Shown here piece by piece: positions 1 through 8,901 of a stretch of 64,000 nt of DNA. Position 1 is the stretch's first letter. Each line of letters starts with the position of its first letter. A program made the position numbers and the translations under genes. The DNA is taken from positions 5,461-69,460 of the forward strand of contig DIZX01000009.1 of assembly GCA_002429485.1 (NCBI GenBank), in the 5' to 3' direction. Source of the stretch: Patescibacteria group bacterium UBA6017 (lineage in GTDB: Bacteria; Patescibacteriota; Saccharimonadia; UBA4664). Under the pieces are notes generated by a model that was not told the DNA's origin, did not search any database, and saw only the letters and a program-made list of their open reading frames with translations.

Positions 1-148
1 CTGCCTCTAGTCCACGAACTTTTTCGAGGTACTCGCTGGTGATAGTGCCAACGGACACCTGGGAAACTTCAAGTTGGCGGCGTTCAATTAATTCAAGAAG
101 CACCCCGAGCGGGCCCTTGAACTCCCCCACTGCAACGGTATGGCTCAT
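1..148 (-). CDS. scpA: segregation and condensation protein A (ScpA), N-terminal part; gene continues past the window edge
   Basis: Minus-strand ATG at 146-148. Translation MSHTVAVGEFKGPLGVLLELIERRQLEVSQVSVGTITSEYLEKV matches the conserved ScpA N-terminus (F-GPL-LLL-LI ... T-QYL). Absent from the ORF track because it is truncated by the window edge. Confidence 0.5.
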   Translation of the reverse strand, partial: MSHTVAVGEFKGPLGVLLELIERRQLEVSQVSVGTITSEYLEKVRGLEA

Positions 149-154
149 AGGCGA

Positions 155-526
155 CTAAACCGTGCCGAGGGTTTCTTTCACGGAATTCACGACATCTTCG
201 AGGGTCACCTGAGACTTGATCAGGTATTTATTGGCCCCAAGGCTTTCGCCGCGCAGGCGATCGGATTCTTGGCTGAGCGCGGTCATCATGATGACTTTAG
301 TATCTTTGGTCTCGGGGGTTGAGCGTAAAATGTCCAACACGTCAAAACCAGAAATTTTCGGCATCATTACGTCCAGGACTATAAGGTCGGGCCGTTCGCG
401 AACCGATGTCGCTAGGGCTTCTTCGCCATCCGAGGCCGTAATGACCTCGTACGCCTCCGCTGCGAACCGTGCAGAATAGATTTCTCGTAAGTTAACATCA
501 TCTTCGACTAAAAGTATTTTTGCCAT
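155..526 (-). CDS. single-domain response regulator (CheY-like receiver only)
   Basis: MAKILLVEDD...DLIVLDVMMP...KVIMMTA has the receiver-domain acidic pocket, phospho-Asp and conserved Lys. 123 aa with no output domain. Lies directly downstream of the kinase at 582..2510. Confidence 0.85.
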   Translation of the reverse strand: MAKILLVEDDVNLREIYSARFAAEAYEVITASDGEEALATSVRERPDLIVLDVMMPKISGFDVLDILRSTPETKDTKVIMMTALSQESDRLRGESLGANKYLIKSQVTLEDVVNSVKETLGTV

Positions 527-581
527 TGCTGTGATTTTATCTTATCCGGCTTATGCTTGGCAATAGCTAGTTTTACAAGTT

Positions 582-2510
582 TTACCTGATTCGCCGGGAA
601 GCAGACAGATCTGTGCCACGAACGGCCGGCGCTGAGACTGAGGCCTGGCTACTATCCTCCGATCCCGGAATAGGCATTGCAACTGCCGGCAGCGGCTTAG
701 GAGCGTCTACGGGAACTGGAATCGGAGCGGGCGTCGGCTCGGGTGCCGGAGCGGGTGGCGGTACGGATGGAGCGGGCGCAGTATGGTTGGTTTCGGGGGT
801 AACCGTACCGCCCGGCTGCTGGGCGCCGGGGGTTGTGGGAGCTTGCTGCAAGCGCACAACCTCAGCTTCGGTGAGGCGCGGCAGAGTGAAGCGGAAGCTG
901 CTACCCTCGCCCGGCTTTGATTCTACCCAGATTCGTCCGTTATATGCCTCGATCAGGTTGCGGCAAAGGTATAGACCGAGGCCGGTACCGCCGATGGTAC
1001 GGGTAGCCGAGTTATCGATGCGGTAAAACTTTTGGAACAGGTGGGCGATATCTTCTTGGGCGATGCCTACGCCGGTATCGTTGATGCTCACTGTGACTTC
1101 TTTGTCGTTACCTTCCAGCACCACTCTGATGCCGCCTTCGGGCGTAAATTTCATGGCATTATCGATGAGGTTCATTATGACTTCCCGCAGGCGTTCGGGG
1201 TTGGCGGCTACGTAAAATAGCGGCGAAATGGCTTTGCCGGTTTGATTGCCGATCTGGTATACCAGTGTCAGATTCTTCTTTTGGAGCGTGAACTGCATAT
1301 CGTCTACCGCGTGTTCGATGAGTTGGCCGACGTTTGAGGCTTCCATACGCCCGCCCAGCTGACCCTCCTCGGCTTTGGTGACACTCAGAAGGTCGCGGAA
1401 GAGCTCGCCGAGGTGGCCGATTGTGTCGTGAGCTTTGGTGAGGTATTTCATAGCCCGGTCATCGATCGTGGCCACGTTGGCGTTCATGGCTAGCGAAATG
1501 TAGCCTTCGATAGCGGCGACTGGTGTACGCATTTCGTGACTGGCCGTGCTGATGAATTCGTCTTTTTGGCGCCCGACTTCTTTTTCGGCACTGATATCGC
1601 GAAATAGGGCAATAGCACCGTTGGGCTGATGCTTATCGTCGAAAATCGGAGATATCGAAATACTCAACTGAACTTTTCGGCCGCTCCGGGTGGTCATCAC
1701 GAGATTATCTTTCACGACTTCAGCTTGCTTCTTCCAGGACTCCATGAACGGATCATTGAATTCATTTACGGGTTGATCGTCGGAAGTTTTGAGCTGCATT
1801 ACCAGATTGTAATCGATGGATTGGGCGGAAGATTCGTCCCACCCGGTGAGCTCCTGCGCGGCCTTATTGAACAGTTGAATCTTTTTCGTGCTGTCGATCA
1901 CCATTACGCCTTCACCAATACTCGACATGATGGCATCGGCTTTGAGTTGCTCAGTGGTGAGCTGGCCGGCAAGCTTCTCTATTCCGGCGGAATCAGCCCC
2001 TTCCTTGCGACTACGGATGTGGACCCATTCAGCGAGACCCGCGGCGGCAAGCGTGATGCAAAATTGGATGAGGTGGTCAAAGATAAACTGGGTGCTTAGA
2101 CCGTTCATTACAACAACCAGGGCATAATACCCTATCGTTAGGCCAAGTACGGCCAATGATTCGGATAATCCGAAGATACCGGATACCACAATGGCCAGTA
2201 GCCAGAACGAATAGAAGGGTGAATCGAGTCCACCCGTGGAAACGATTACGAGGATGATATTTATGGCCGAAATACAGGTAAGGATCAGTGCCGAAAGTTC
2301 CAGGTGATTGCGACGAAGTACCCGATGTATGGTTGCAAAGTATATTGCAGCAGCCACACCGATCGCGGCTGAGGCAAACAGTAGAGTGGTGTCTGGAATA
2401 AGGGCCGGCGATAAAGTATGGAGGCCAAAAATCACCAAAGCTACACCCGCTCCGAGGCCGGCTTGGAGACGAGCTAAAATCATTAGACTATGAGAGCGTT
2501 GGTTTGACAT
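582..2510 (-). CDS. sensor histidine kinase (multi-TM N-terminus, PAS-like region, HisKA, HATPase_c) with an unusual Pro-rich C-terminal tail
   Basis: H-box ASHEMRTPVAAIEGY; N-box IDNAMKFT; G-boxes DTGVGI and GGTGLGLYLCR. About six N-terminal hydrophobic helices. The last ~100 aa are a P/A/T-rich low-complexity tail. Confidence 0.85.
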   Translation of the reverse strand: MSNQRSHSLMILARLQAGLGAGVALVIFGLHTLSPALIPDTTLLFASAAIGVAAAIYFATIHRVLRRNHLELSALILTCISAINIILVIVSTGGLDSPFYSFWLLAIVVSGIFGLSESLAVLGLTIGYYALVVVMNGLSTQFIFDHLIQFCITLAAAGLAEWVHIRSRKEGADSAGIEKLAGQLTTEQLKADAIMSSIGEGVMVIDSTKKIQLFNKAAQELTGWDESSAQSIDYNLVMQLKTSDDQPVNEFNDPFMESWKKQAEVVKDNLVMTTRSGRKVQLSISISPIFDDKHQPNGAIALFRDISAEKEVGRQKDEFISTASHEMRTPVAAIEGYISLAMNANVATIDDRAMKYLTKAHDTIGHLGELFRDLLSVTKAEEGQLGGRMEASNVGQLIEHAVDDMQFTLQKKNLTLVYQIGNQTGKAISPLFYVAANPERLREVIMNLIDNAMKFTPEGGIRVVLEGNDKEVTVSINDTGVGIAQEDIAHLFQKFYRIDNSATRTIGGTGLGLYLCRNLIEAYNGRIWVESKPGEGSSFRFTLPRLTEAEVVRLQQAPTTPGAQQPGGTVTPETNHTAPAPSVPPPAPAPEPTPAPIPVPVDAPKPLPAVAMPIPGSEDSSQASVSAPAVRGTDLSASRRIR

Positions 2511-2737
2511 CTATCTTATCCGCGAATATAACCCGGCACCATTATGCTTGTGGTTAGATTATGCTCGTATATGCGCTGTCCTGCAACCCACATTGAGGTA
2601 GACAAGCGGCTCTAATCCTGCTATATTTCTATGGTTTTATAGCCATGGTCCACTTACGATCACGGTCCCATACTTTGTATAGGACTGCTTCGCTCGGAAA
2701 GCCCATTGTGCAAGCACATGTGCCTTCACTCGCTCAT

Positions 2738-2812
2738 GGTCCCATCGTCTAGCGGTTAGGACGCTGCCCTCTCACGGCGGTAACAGGAGTTCGATTCTCC
2801 TTGGGACTACCA
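2738..2812 (+). tRNA. tRNA-Glu (anticodon CTC), CCA encoded
   Basis: GGTCCCATCGTCTAGCGGTTAGGACGCTGCCCTCTCACGGCGGTAACAGGAGTTCGATTCTCCTTGGGACTACCA. The acceptor stem pairs 7/7 (G1:U72). The anticodon loop is CT-CTC-AC. The T-loop is GTTCGATTC. The D-loop is typical of Glu tRNAs. Confidence 0.85.
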
Positions 2813-2859
2813 TGCAATTATTTACATCAATCTAGACTCTGCGGAGCCTTTTTTGTTGC
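2807..2859. repeat. direct repeat copy 1 (putative attL): tRNA-Glu 3-prime end plus downstream terminator hairpin
   Basis: CTACCATGCAATTATTTACATCAATCTAGACTCTGCGGAG(C)CTTTTTTG recurs at 8102-8153 with 2 mismatches. It contains hairpin AGACTC-TGCG-GAG(C/T)CT followed by a T6 run. Confidence 0.6.
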
Positions 2860-2887
2860 CCCAAAATAGCTTTTTTGAACCCCGGGG

Positions 2888-4330
2888 CTAATTACCTGTT
2901 GATCGCCGGAGTATACGCCCGATCACTTGCTCTGGAGCTGCCTGGGTCGAATCAATACCCGGGAGTAGCTGGAGGCCGCTAACCATAATGCCGTTGTTAG
3001 TAACATTATACCCATCGATGATGTAGGTAGCACTGGCATGCTCAGCCCAAGTCCGGCCAATACTACGATAGTCTTCGGGTTTTGCAACGGTATCGCGGAT
3101 TAATGCGGAGCTGAATGAATCGCGCTCCGGGTCCTCTTCTAGTAAGCGGCGAACATGTTCGTAAAGCTCCTTTAGTTTTGCGATTCTCTCCAGTTCCACC
3201 TCGTGCTCGCCAGGATTTCGGTTCAACTCTTCTTGCCATTTACTTAGTTGGGCGTAGGTGGGGCGAATTGCTAGAGTGAAGTTTGAAAATTTCTCGGCTT
3301 CGTTCTCATGGAACCCGGCGTTTCGCGCGTCCTGGATAAGTAACGCACGGGCGGATTCGGTCACGCCATCTTGGGAGAAGTTTTTATGGTAATATTCATG
3401 GTGCTTAGTGGCATTTTGATAGAGCATTTCAAATTTTCCCGCAATCTCGGTGAGCCCTTCAAGTATTTTAGCAATCGGTGCGTCTTTCTCGAAGGTAATT
3501 TGGTAGCCTTCATTCACTCTTCTGGCGCTTGCATTCCCATCGTTTTGCACGAGCTCAGTGAAGGGCTCCACGTTTACTCCCGCATCTGTTTTGCGAACGA
3601 CAGTCTCTTTTATGGTGCGAGCTATGGGCTCACCAAATTCTTTGTGCAAGAGTGAGCCCCAAGGCGCATAATGGTTGAGCTTTTCAGCGGCGGATAAATT
3701 TGGGTCTCGGGGCGATTCCTGAGCCGTAGACCCAAAATCAATTACATGAAGGTGTCCGTGCTTATTGGTAGGGACACCCCTGCTTCTGCCTGTTAGTAAT
3801 CGCTCCTCGGGCGAGCCATACCCCCATGAGCCCCATATGGTGGGCTTGCCACTGGCATTCGTGACGATGTTGACGGCCTTCTCGGTTTGCTTCGCAATTA
3901 CACTAGCGAAGCTGGCTTGCTGATCAGGGGGCAAAGTAGAAATATGAAGCATATCGGCTTGACCATCCTGATTCGCATCTCTATTTGCCTCTCGCCACCA
4001 AATCAGTAATTGCGCTGAAATAGTATCTACAGCGTCAAGCCCCGGCGTGAACTCCACCTCTCTGCCGAGTACACCCTCGGCTGCATTTTTTAATCGGTCT
4101 TTGGAGAGTTCGGGTTGGATGTGGGGTGAAGGTACGGGCGTTATGCATGCTTCGGCATTGCCTAATCGCTCTATACCGCTGAAGGCTTCGCCTTCAGCAA
4201 ATATATTTTCGCCATCTTTTCGCTCCATTAAGGGCGGTATTACTTCTATAGGGATGCTCCCTCCATGAAGCAGCTCCTTTGCTGAGGCCTCATTTAGTAG
4301 GTCGTGATGATGGGAGTGCATTTCGGGCAT
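2888..4330 (-). CDS. hypothetical protein (480 aa), first gene of the tRNA-Glu-associated island
   Basis: Long ORF with AT-rich island composition. No family recognised. Contains the His-rich motif KHGHLHVIDFG. Starts MPEMHSHHHDLL. Confidence 0.5.
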   Translation of the reverse strand: MPEMHSHHHDLLNEASAKELLHGGSIPIEVIPPLMERKDGENIFAEGEAFSGIERLGNAEACITPVPSPHIQPELSKDRLKNAAEGVLGREVEFTPGLDAVDTISAQLLIWWREANRDANQDGQADMLHISTLPPDQQASFASVIAKQTEKAVNIVTNASGKPTIWGSWGYGSPEERLLTGRSRGVPTNKHGHLHVIDFGSTAQESPRDPNLSAAEKLNHYAPWGSLLHKEFGEPIARTIKETVVRKTDAGVNVEPFTELVQNDGNASARRVNEGYQITFEKDAPIAKILEGLTEIAGKFEMLYQNATKHHEYYHKNFSQDGVTESARALLIQDARNAGFHENEAEKFSNFTLAIRPTYAQLSKWQEELNRNPGEHEVELERIAKLKELYEHVRRLLEEDPERDSFSSALIRDTVAKPEDYRSIGRTWAEHASATYIIDGYNVTNNGIMVSGLQLLPGIDSTQAAPEQVIGRILRRSTGN

Positions 4331-4435
4331 GTGTGGAACCTCTTTTTGATTGAAGTATATTACCGTCGTAGCCTATACTGTTTCAGGTTAATTCAGAATA
4401 TTTTTTAAACCCAATTCCGCTAGGCTAGTCTATCT

Positions 4436-5521
4436 ATGAATACAATATATTGTAGGGGCTATGTAAAACATAGCTACCCTATCCATCTTTCCGTGCAAGC
4501 TGAATTCGATGATTTCTTCGACCTTCTTCCGCCTTCTCAGAACTGCTTTGTAGTTGTTGATGAGAAACTTTTAGAGCTTTTTCCAAAGTTAGTTTTAAGG
4601 CTTAAGCAAAGCCAGGCACGTATAATACCCATCGCGTGTACCGAACAAAACAAATCTTTGGATGGACTAACGATGATATTTGAAGAAGTTTTTTCACACA
4701 AGCCCAATCGAGACGATATTTTAATAGCGATAGGTGGCGGATTAATCACGAATCTGGGTGGGCTTGCTGCTTCTTTGATTATGCGGGGAATGCGTTTTTA
4801 TTACGTACCGACAACTCTAACTGGTCAAATCGATGCATCTATCGGCTCAAAACAGGCGATTAATTATAGCGGGGCAAAGAACTGGCTGGGGATGTATAAC
4901 GACCCAGAGTTTTGCTACGTTAATCCTAACTTTCTCACTACAAAACCGATAGATGAGCTTAATTCTGAGATGATCGAGGGGGTAAAGTTATGTCTGGCTA
5001 CGGATAAGCAATTGTTCTACCGGGTTCTCGATGAAATTAATGGTTTTCGTGAGCGAGACCCCCAATCGCTGGCTTCGTTTGTAGAGAAGATGATTAAAGC
5101 TAAGGTGGCGGTAGTCGAAAGAGATTTGCTCGAAGAGGATTATGGCATGAGTATGCTGTACGGCCATACGCTTGGCCACGCGATTGAGATGCTCGATCAT
5201 GAGCATTTAAGCCACGGTGAGGCAGTGGGCTTGGGGATGTTAGCAGCCGCACGGATGGCATGCAAGTTGGGGCTAGCGAAAGAAAGCCTGATAACACTTC
5301 ATCAACAGATATTGCAAAAACTTGGTCTCCCAGCCGTGATACCCGGCCATCTTGTGCCTTCCGAGATATATGCAAAGCTCGGTCATAATAAAAAGAATTA
5401 TGGCGGCAAAGTCCGGTTTGTTCTTTTACGGGATGTTGGGGAAATGGCTAAGAACGGGGGCGAATACTATACAGTTGTCCCAGAAAACATCATTATGCAG
5501 TCAATCAAAGAAGGATTCTAG
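4436..5521 (+). CDS. 3-dehydroquinate-synthase-like sugar phosphate cyclase superfamily enzyme (DHQS/EEVS/DOIS-like)
   Basis: Gly-rich NAD site IAIGGGLITNLGGLAA. Metal-binding His motifs GHTLGHAIE and HGEAVGLGM are typical of the DHQS fold. No shikimate-pathway neighbours. Confidence 0.7.
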   Translation: MNTIYCRGYVKHSYPIHLSVQAEFDDFFDLLPPSQNCFVVVDEKLLELFPKLVLRLKQSQARIIPIACTEQNKSLDGLTMIFEEVFSHKPNRDDILIAIGGGLITNLGGLAASLIMRGMRFYYVPTTLTGQIDASIGSKQAINYSGAKNWLGMYNDPEFCYVNPNFLTTKPIDELNSEMIEGVKLCLATDKQLFYRVLDEINGFRERDPQSLASFVEKMIKAKVAVVERDLLEEDYGMSMLYGHTLGHAIEMLDHEHLSHGEAVGLGMLAAARMACKLGLAKESLITLHQQILQKLGLPAVIPGHLVPSEIYAKLGHNKKNYGGKVRFVLLRDVGEMAKNGGEYYTVVPENIIMQSIKEGF

Positions 5522-6292
5522 ATGGAGTTTGAGAACAAGACGGTAATTGTTACCGGTGCCAACAAGGGTATAGGCAAGGTAATCGCGTTATATTTTTATG
5601 AGAATGGTGCGAATGTCGTATTTGCAGTTCGCAATCCTACGAGCCTATCACTTCCCGAGGATGTTGCCTCCTCAAAGAGAGTCTTGGTTACTGCGACCGA
5701 TGTAACAAATGAGAACCTGATTAGGGCCATGGTAGCTAAGGCTATCGAGGCCTACGGTACAATCGACATTCTCGTGAATAATGCTGGCGTTGATCAGCCC
5801 ATGCCCCTCCTCGACATCACTGAAGAGCATCTGGACTACGTATGGGATGCCAATGTTAAGGGACTCGTGATGTGCTCAAAGCATGTTGCAAAGGAAATGG
5901 TGAAACAAAAATCTGGAAAGGTTATTAACCTCTCTTCTATCGCGGGCAAGGAAGGTTCGCTATATCACATTGCGTATGTTTCATCGAAGCACGCGGTTAT
6001 TGGCATCACCAAGTGCATGGCTCGTGAGCTGATACCGTACGGGATTACGGTGAACGCAGTATGCCCAGGCCTTATTGATACCGACATGCTCCAGAACTTC
6101 TTTAAGGAATATTCGAAGCTTACCGGTACAAGCGCCGATGAGGAGCTAAGCAAAATGATTGAGGCGACGCCACGCGGAAGAATGGGTGAACCCCAGGATG
6201 TCGCTGAGCTAGTTGGCTTTTTGGCTTCTGACAGGGCCGCTAATATCGTGGGTCACGCTATCAGTACCGATGGCGGAATATTACAGCACTAG
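5522..6292 (+). CDS. short-chain dehydrogenase/reductase (SDR, FabG-like)
   Basis: TGANKGIGKVIA Rossmann motif, NNAG, and catalytic S...YVSSKHA (YxxxK). ATG immediately follows the upstream stop, suggesting translational coupling. Confidence 0.85.
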   Translation: MEFENKTVIVTGANKGIGKVIALYFYENGANVVFAVRNPTSLSLPEDVASSKRVLVTATDVTNENLIRAMVAKAIEAYGTIDILVNNAGVDQPMPLLDITEEHLDYVWDANVKGLVMCSKHVAKEMVKQKSGKVINLSSIAGKEGSLYHIAYVSSKHAVIGITKCMARELIPYGITVNAVCPGLIDTDMLQNFFKEYSKLTGTSADEELSKMIEATPRGRMGEPQDVAELVGFLASDRAANIVGHAISTDGGILQH

Positions 6293-6299
6293 GACGCAT

Positions 6300-7370
6300 A
6301 TGAAATTACGTATTACTGCGCCCATGCGCGTGGATATCGGCGGAGGGGTGACCGATGTTCCGCAGTTTAGCGAAGAAATTGGAACAGCCGTTGTAAACAT
6401 TGCTCTGGACCTCTACAAGGACCCTGGCTTTACGCTGCCCGCAAATGTGGGCGTTGAAATCTCCGACACACAAAGGGTTGAAAATAGGCTGTTCTTTAAT
6501 GATCGACAGTATGGATTCGATTCTCGGCCTGGTGAAGATCTGTACTTTATCAAGAAGATAATTCTTAAACAGTTAAGCAGTGCTGCATCGGCGAGAAACT
6601 TTGATATTGCCATTTTTAATACCTTACCTCCAGGTACAGGACTAGGGGGTAGTGCTGTATTGTCGCTGTGCCTTTTTACTGCACTACAGCTTTTTTACGC
6701 GCGTCGCAATTCGCGGCCTTCCCCTAGAGTCATACTGGAAGCACACGAATTTGAAACGATAGATTTAGGCATTAAAGGCGGATTTCAAGACTATATAGCG
6801 GCATATTTTGGAGGTTGCAATTATATTAACTTCCCCTCTCTTGCCAAATCTGAACTCGTGAAAGCGTCAACGCTAGGCCTAACAATCCCCTCTCATATTG
6901 AGCAGTTTCTTAATGAGAGTATGCTTGTAGTGATTTTGAACGAAGAGACTATCAGCTCAAGCCAGATCGTACAGGACGAGGTAGAAAACTTTTATGCAGA
7001 CAAGCAGGGGGTTGGGGCGCATTTACTTGCGATCAAGGAACATAACGCTAAGCTATACGAGATTATGTACCAAAAGAAAATAAGTGATATGCCGTCTGCT
7101 ATTGGTGTTGAAATGAACCAAAGCTGGGCTCACCATAAACAGTTAAGTAGTCTGATAGCTCGCAGCCTCCTCAAAGATATTGAAAAGACGGTACAGCCAC
7201 TGACCTACGGACTCCGGGGGCCGGGTGCTGCCGGTAATAGCTTGTTTTTGCTCGCCAAGCCGGAAAACAAAGATGAGGTTATCGCGTATCTGTCTTCGCT
7301 TAGCCACGAGATAACCGTCCTCTACCCACAGGTCAATCAGACTGGCTTGCGTGTGATAAGCGTTGAGTAG
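6300..7370 (+). CDS. GHMP-family sugar/cyclitol kinase
   Basis: The track ORF 6213.. overlaps the SDR. The in-frame ATG at 6300 (MKLRITAPMRVDIGGG) is the likely start. The GHMP ATP motif is LPPGTGLGGSAV. Confidence 0.7.
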   Translation: MKLRITAPMRVDIGGGVTDVPQFSEEIGTAVVNIALDLYKDPGFTLPANVGVEISDTQRVENRLFFNDRQYGFDSRPGEDLYFIKKIILKQLSSAASARNFDIAIFNTLPPGTGLGGSAVLSLCLFTALQLFYARRNSRPSPRVILEAHEFETIDLGIKGGFQDYIAAYFGGCNYINFPSLAKSELVKASTLGLTIPSHIEQFLNESMLVVILNEETISSSQIVQDEVENFYADKQGVGAHLLAIKEHNAKLYEIMYQKKISDMPSAIGVEMNQSWAHHKQLSSLIARSLLKDIEKTVQPLTYGLRGPGAAGNSLFLLAKPENKDEVIAYLSSLSHEITVLYPQVNQTGLRVISVE

Positions 7371-7376
7371 ATATCC

Positions 7377-7970
7377 CTACAGCCCCAACTTCCTCAATGC
7401 GAAGAGGGCAGCGACGAGAGAGTCCGCTACTTCAAACTCCCCCCCCTCAATAAGCTGGATAAGCTCTTCAGGAGTTTTGAGATGAACACGGGTGGGCTCA
7501 TTTTCATCATCTTGTTTTACGCCGGTGGGCTGCGCGTTTTTGGCCATGAACAGATGATGATAGCCGGACATCTTAGTGGGGTAGGCCGCACTTTTAGACA
7601 AGAATGTGACATCGTCGCTGGTGTACCCGGTTTCCTCTTCCATTTCACGCCGTGCGGCCGCCTCGGGGTTCTCGTCTTTATCTAATCCTCCGGCCGGGAA
7701 CTGATACATATTCTTGCCTACCCCGTGACGATATTGCTCGCAAATGACGAATTTACCATCGGTGGTGAAGGGGACAATGGTAGCAATATTGGGCGATTCC
7801 CAGACAAAGTAGTCATTTACAGTTTTGCCGGACGGTAATTGGACTTCATCTTTGCGTACGGGGAACCAGCGCTCATTTAAAGCCATGCTCGTCGAGAGAA
7901 CCTTCCAGGGTTTGATTTCGGGGTCGTTTTGAGGAGAAGAGAGATTGTTCGTCATGACCAGATTATACAT
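7377..7970 (-). CDS. NUDIX hydrolase
   Basis: Nudix box GGLDKDENPEAAARREMEEETGY (Gx5Ex7REUxEExGU). Confidence 0.8.
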   Translation of the reverse strand: MYNLVMTNNLSSPQNDPEIKPWKVLSTSMALNERWFPVRKDEVQLPSGKTVNDYFVWESPNIATIVPFTTDGKFVICEQYRHGVGKNMYQFPAGGLDKDENPEAAARREMEEETGYTSDDVTFLSKSAAYPTKMSGYHHLFMAKNAQPTGVKQDDENEPTRVHLKTPEELIQLIEGGEFEVADSLVAALFALRKLGL

Positions 7971-8101
7971 GTTTGCATCGGCCTGTAGACGAACAAGGTT
8001 CTAGTAGCCGCTGGTAGTACTCATAGGGGATGACTGACCGAGAACTTTGTACTAGGCAATCAATTCCCTCTTGATAAGGTTCCAATTCGAAATACGGTAG
8101 T

Positions 8102-8153
8102 CTACCATGCAATTATTTACATCAATCTAGACTCTGCGGAGTCTTTTTTGATG
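8102..8153. repeat. direct repeat copy 2 (putative attR) of the tRNA-Glu 3-prime end and terminator
   Basis: CTACCATGCAATTATTTACATCAATCTAGACTCTGCGGAGTCTTTTTTG has the perfect hairpin AGACTC-TGCG-GAGTCT plus T6. It is preceded by a degenerate T-arm-like stretch GGTTCCAATTCG. Confidence 0.6.
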
Positions 8154-8238
8154 TCCGCGTCAATTATTAATTGAATTGCTCCCTCTCTGGCGCCGGAATA
8201 TTTTGATCTCCGTATAGCAATGATTATGGGTCGTTCTA

Positions 8239-8267
8239 TTGACATATCATACTTCTTATGTTAATAT
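8239..8267 (+). promoter_or_regulatory. sigma-70-like promoter (TTGACA-17-TAATAT) for the small membrane protein gene
   Basis: TTGACA at 8239-8244, a 17-nt spacer, then TAATAT at 8262-8267. The RBS GGAGG lies 6 nt before the ATG at 8327. Confidence 0.4.
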
Positions 8268-8326
8268 CTTTTTTGTTCGATACCTAGACAACCCGCGTTT
8301 TCGTTAACGTTCCTGGAGGCAACCCA

Positions 8327-8644
8327 ATGATTGTCCTGTCCGCCCTGATCGACATCATTCTGTTCGTTTTCTTTTGCTCAGTTTGCACTGAGCTGGAGGA
8401 GGCTCCGGCCTCGATCAACAACGGAACCAACTTGGGCATCATCGCCCTTATGTTCGCCATTCCGGCGTTCTTGTGCGGCGATGGCTGGAACAAAACCCTC
8501 GTGCTGGGTCTTCTGGTTCTCACCGCCTGCGGGATCTCGATCCTTGTGGGTCTCAAGCGTCACGGAGTGGGTCCTTACACCAAGAGGTCCGGGCACTGCG
8601 ATTGCTGCCCACTCAGTGCTGCTGCCCAGTCGCCTATCGTCTAG
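8327..8644 (+). CDS. small integral membrane protein (105 aa, 3 predicted TM, Cys-rich C-terminus)
   Basis: Good RBS (GGAGGCAACCCAATG) and an upstream consensus promoter. Hydrophobic helices. No family recognised. Confidence 0.45.
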   Translation: MIVLSALIDIILFVFFCSVCTELEEAPASINNGTNLGIIALMFAIPAFLCGDGWNKTLVLGLLVLTACGISILVGLKRHGVGPYTKRSGHCDCCPLSAAAQSPIV

Positions 8645-8826
8645 GTCGAGCACCCTAGGTATCCAGTTTCCTCACCCGAAGCTGTAATGCCTAGGGGCAA
8701 CACCCGAATGTTCAATCTGTTAATTGAACCTTCAGGTGCTGTTGAATAGGTTCTATCCCCTGGTGGAAATACTGGAGTAGCGTTTATTACGTAGGCTGCA
8801 GAATGCGGTTAATTGGTCTAGCAGTA

Positions 8827-8855
8827 TTGAAAGGATGCCGTAGTTATGTTATAAT
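8827..8855 (+). promoter_or_regulatory. sigma-70-like promoter (TTGAAA-17-TATAAT)
   Basis: TTGAAA at 8827-8832, spacer 17, TATAAT at 8850-8855. The RBS AAGGAG precedes the ATG at 8902. Confidence 0.45.
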
Positions 8856-8901
8856 ATGCCGGAGAGCAGTGCTGGTATCTTCACAACTAAGGAGTGTTCC
8901 C

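Noticed and set aside
140-479. Track ORFs 140..322(+) and 216..479(+)
   Set aside because: They lie antisense to and inside the receiver-domain gene 155..526, which has clear family motifs. They have no RBS or homology.
613-2493. Plus-strand ORFs inside the histidine kinase gene (613..1026, 1032..1220, 1629..2099, 1888..2127, 2308..2493)
   Set aside because: They are antisense shadows of a GC-rich gene. Their low-complexity G/A/P-rich translations are typical of wrong-frame reads.
6213-6299. N-terminal 29-codon extension of the GHMP kinase ORF overlapping the SDR gene
   Set aside because: The in-frame ATG at 6300 begins the conserved MKLRITAP N-terminus. The extension overlaps the SDR C-terminus in another frame.
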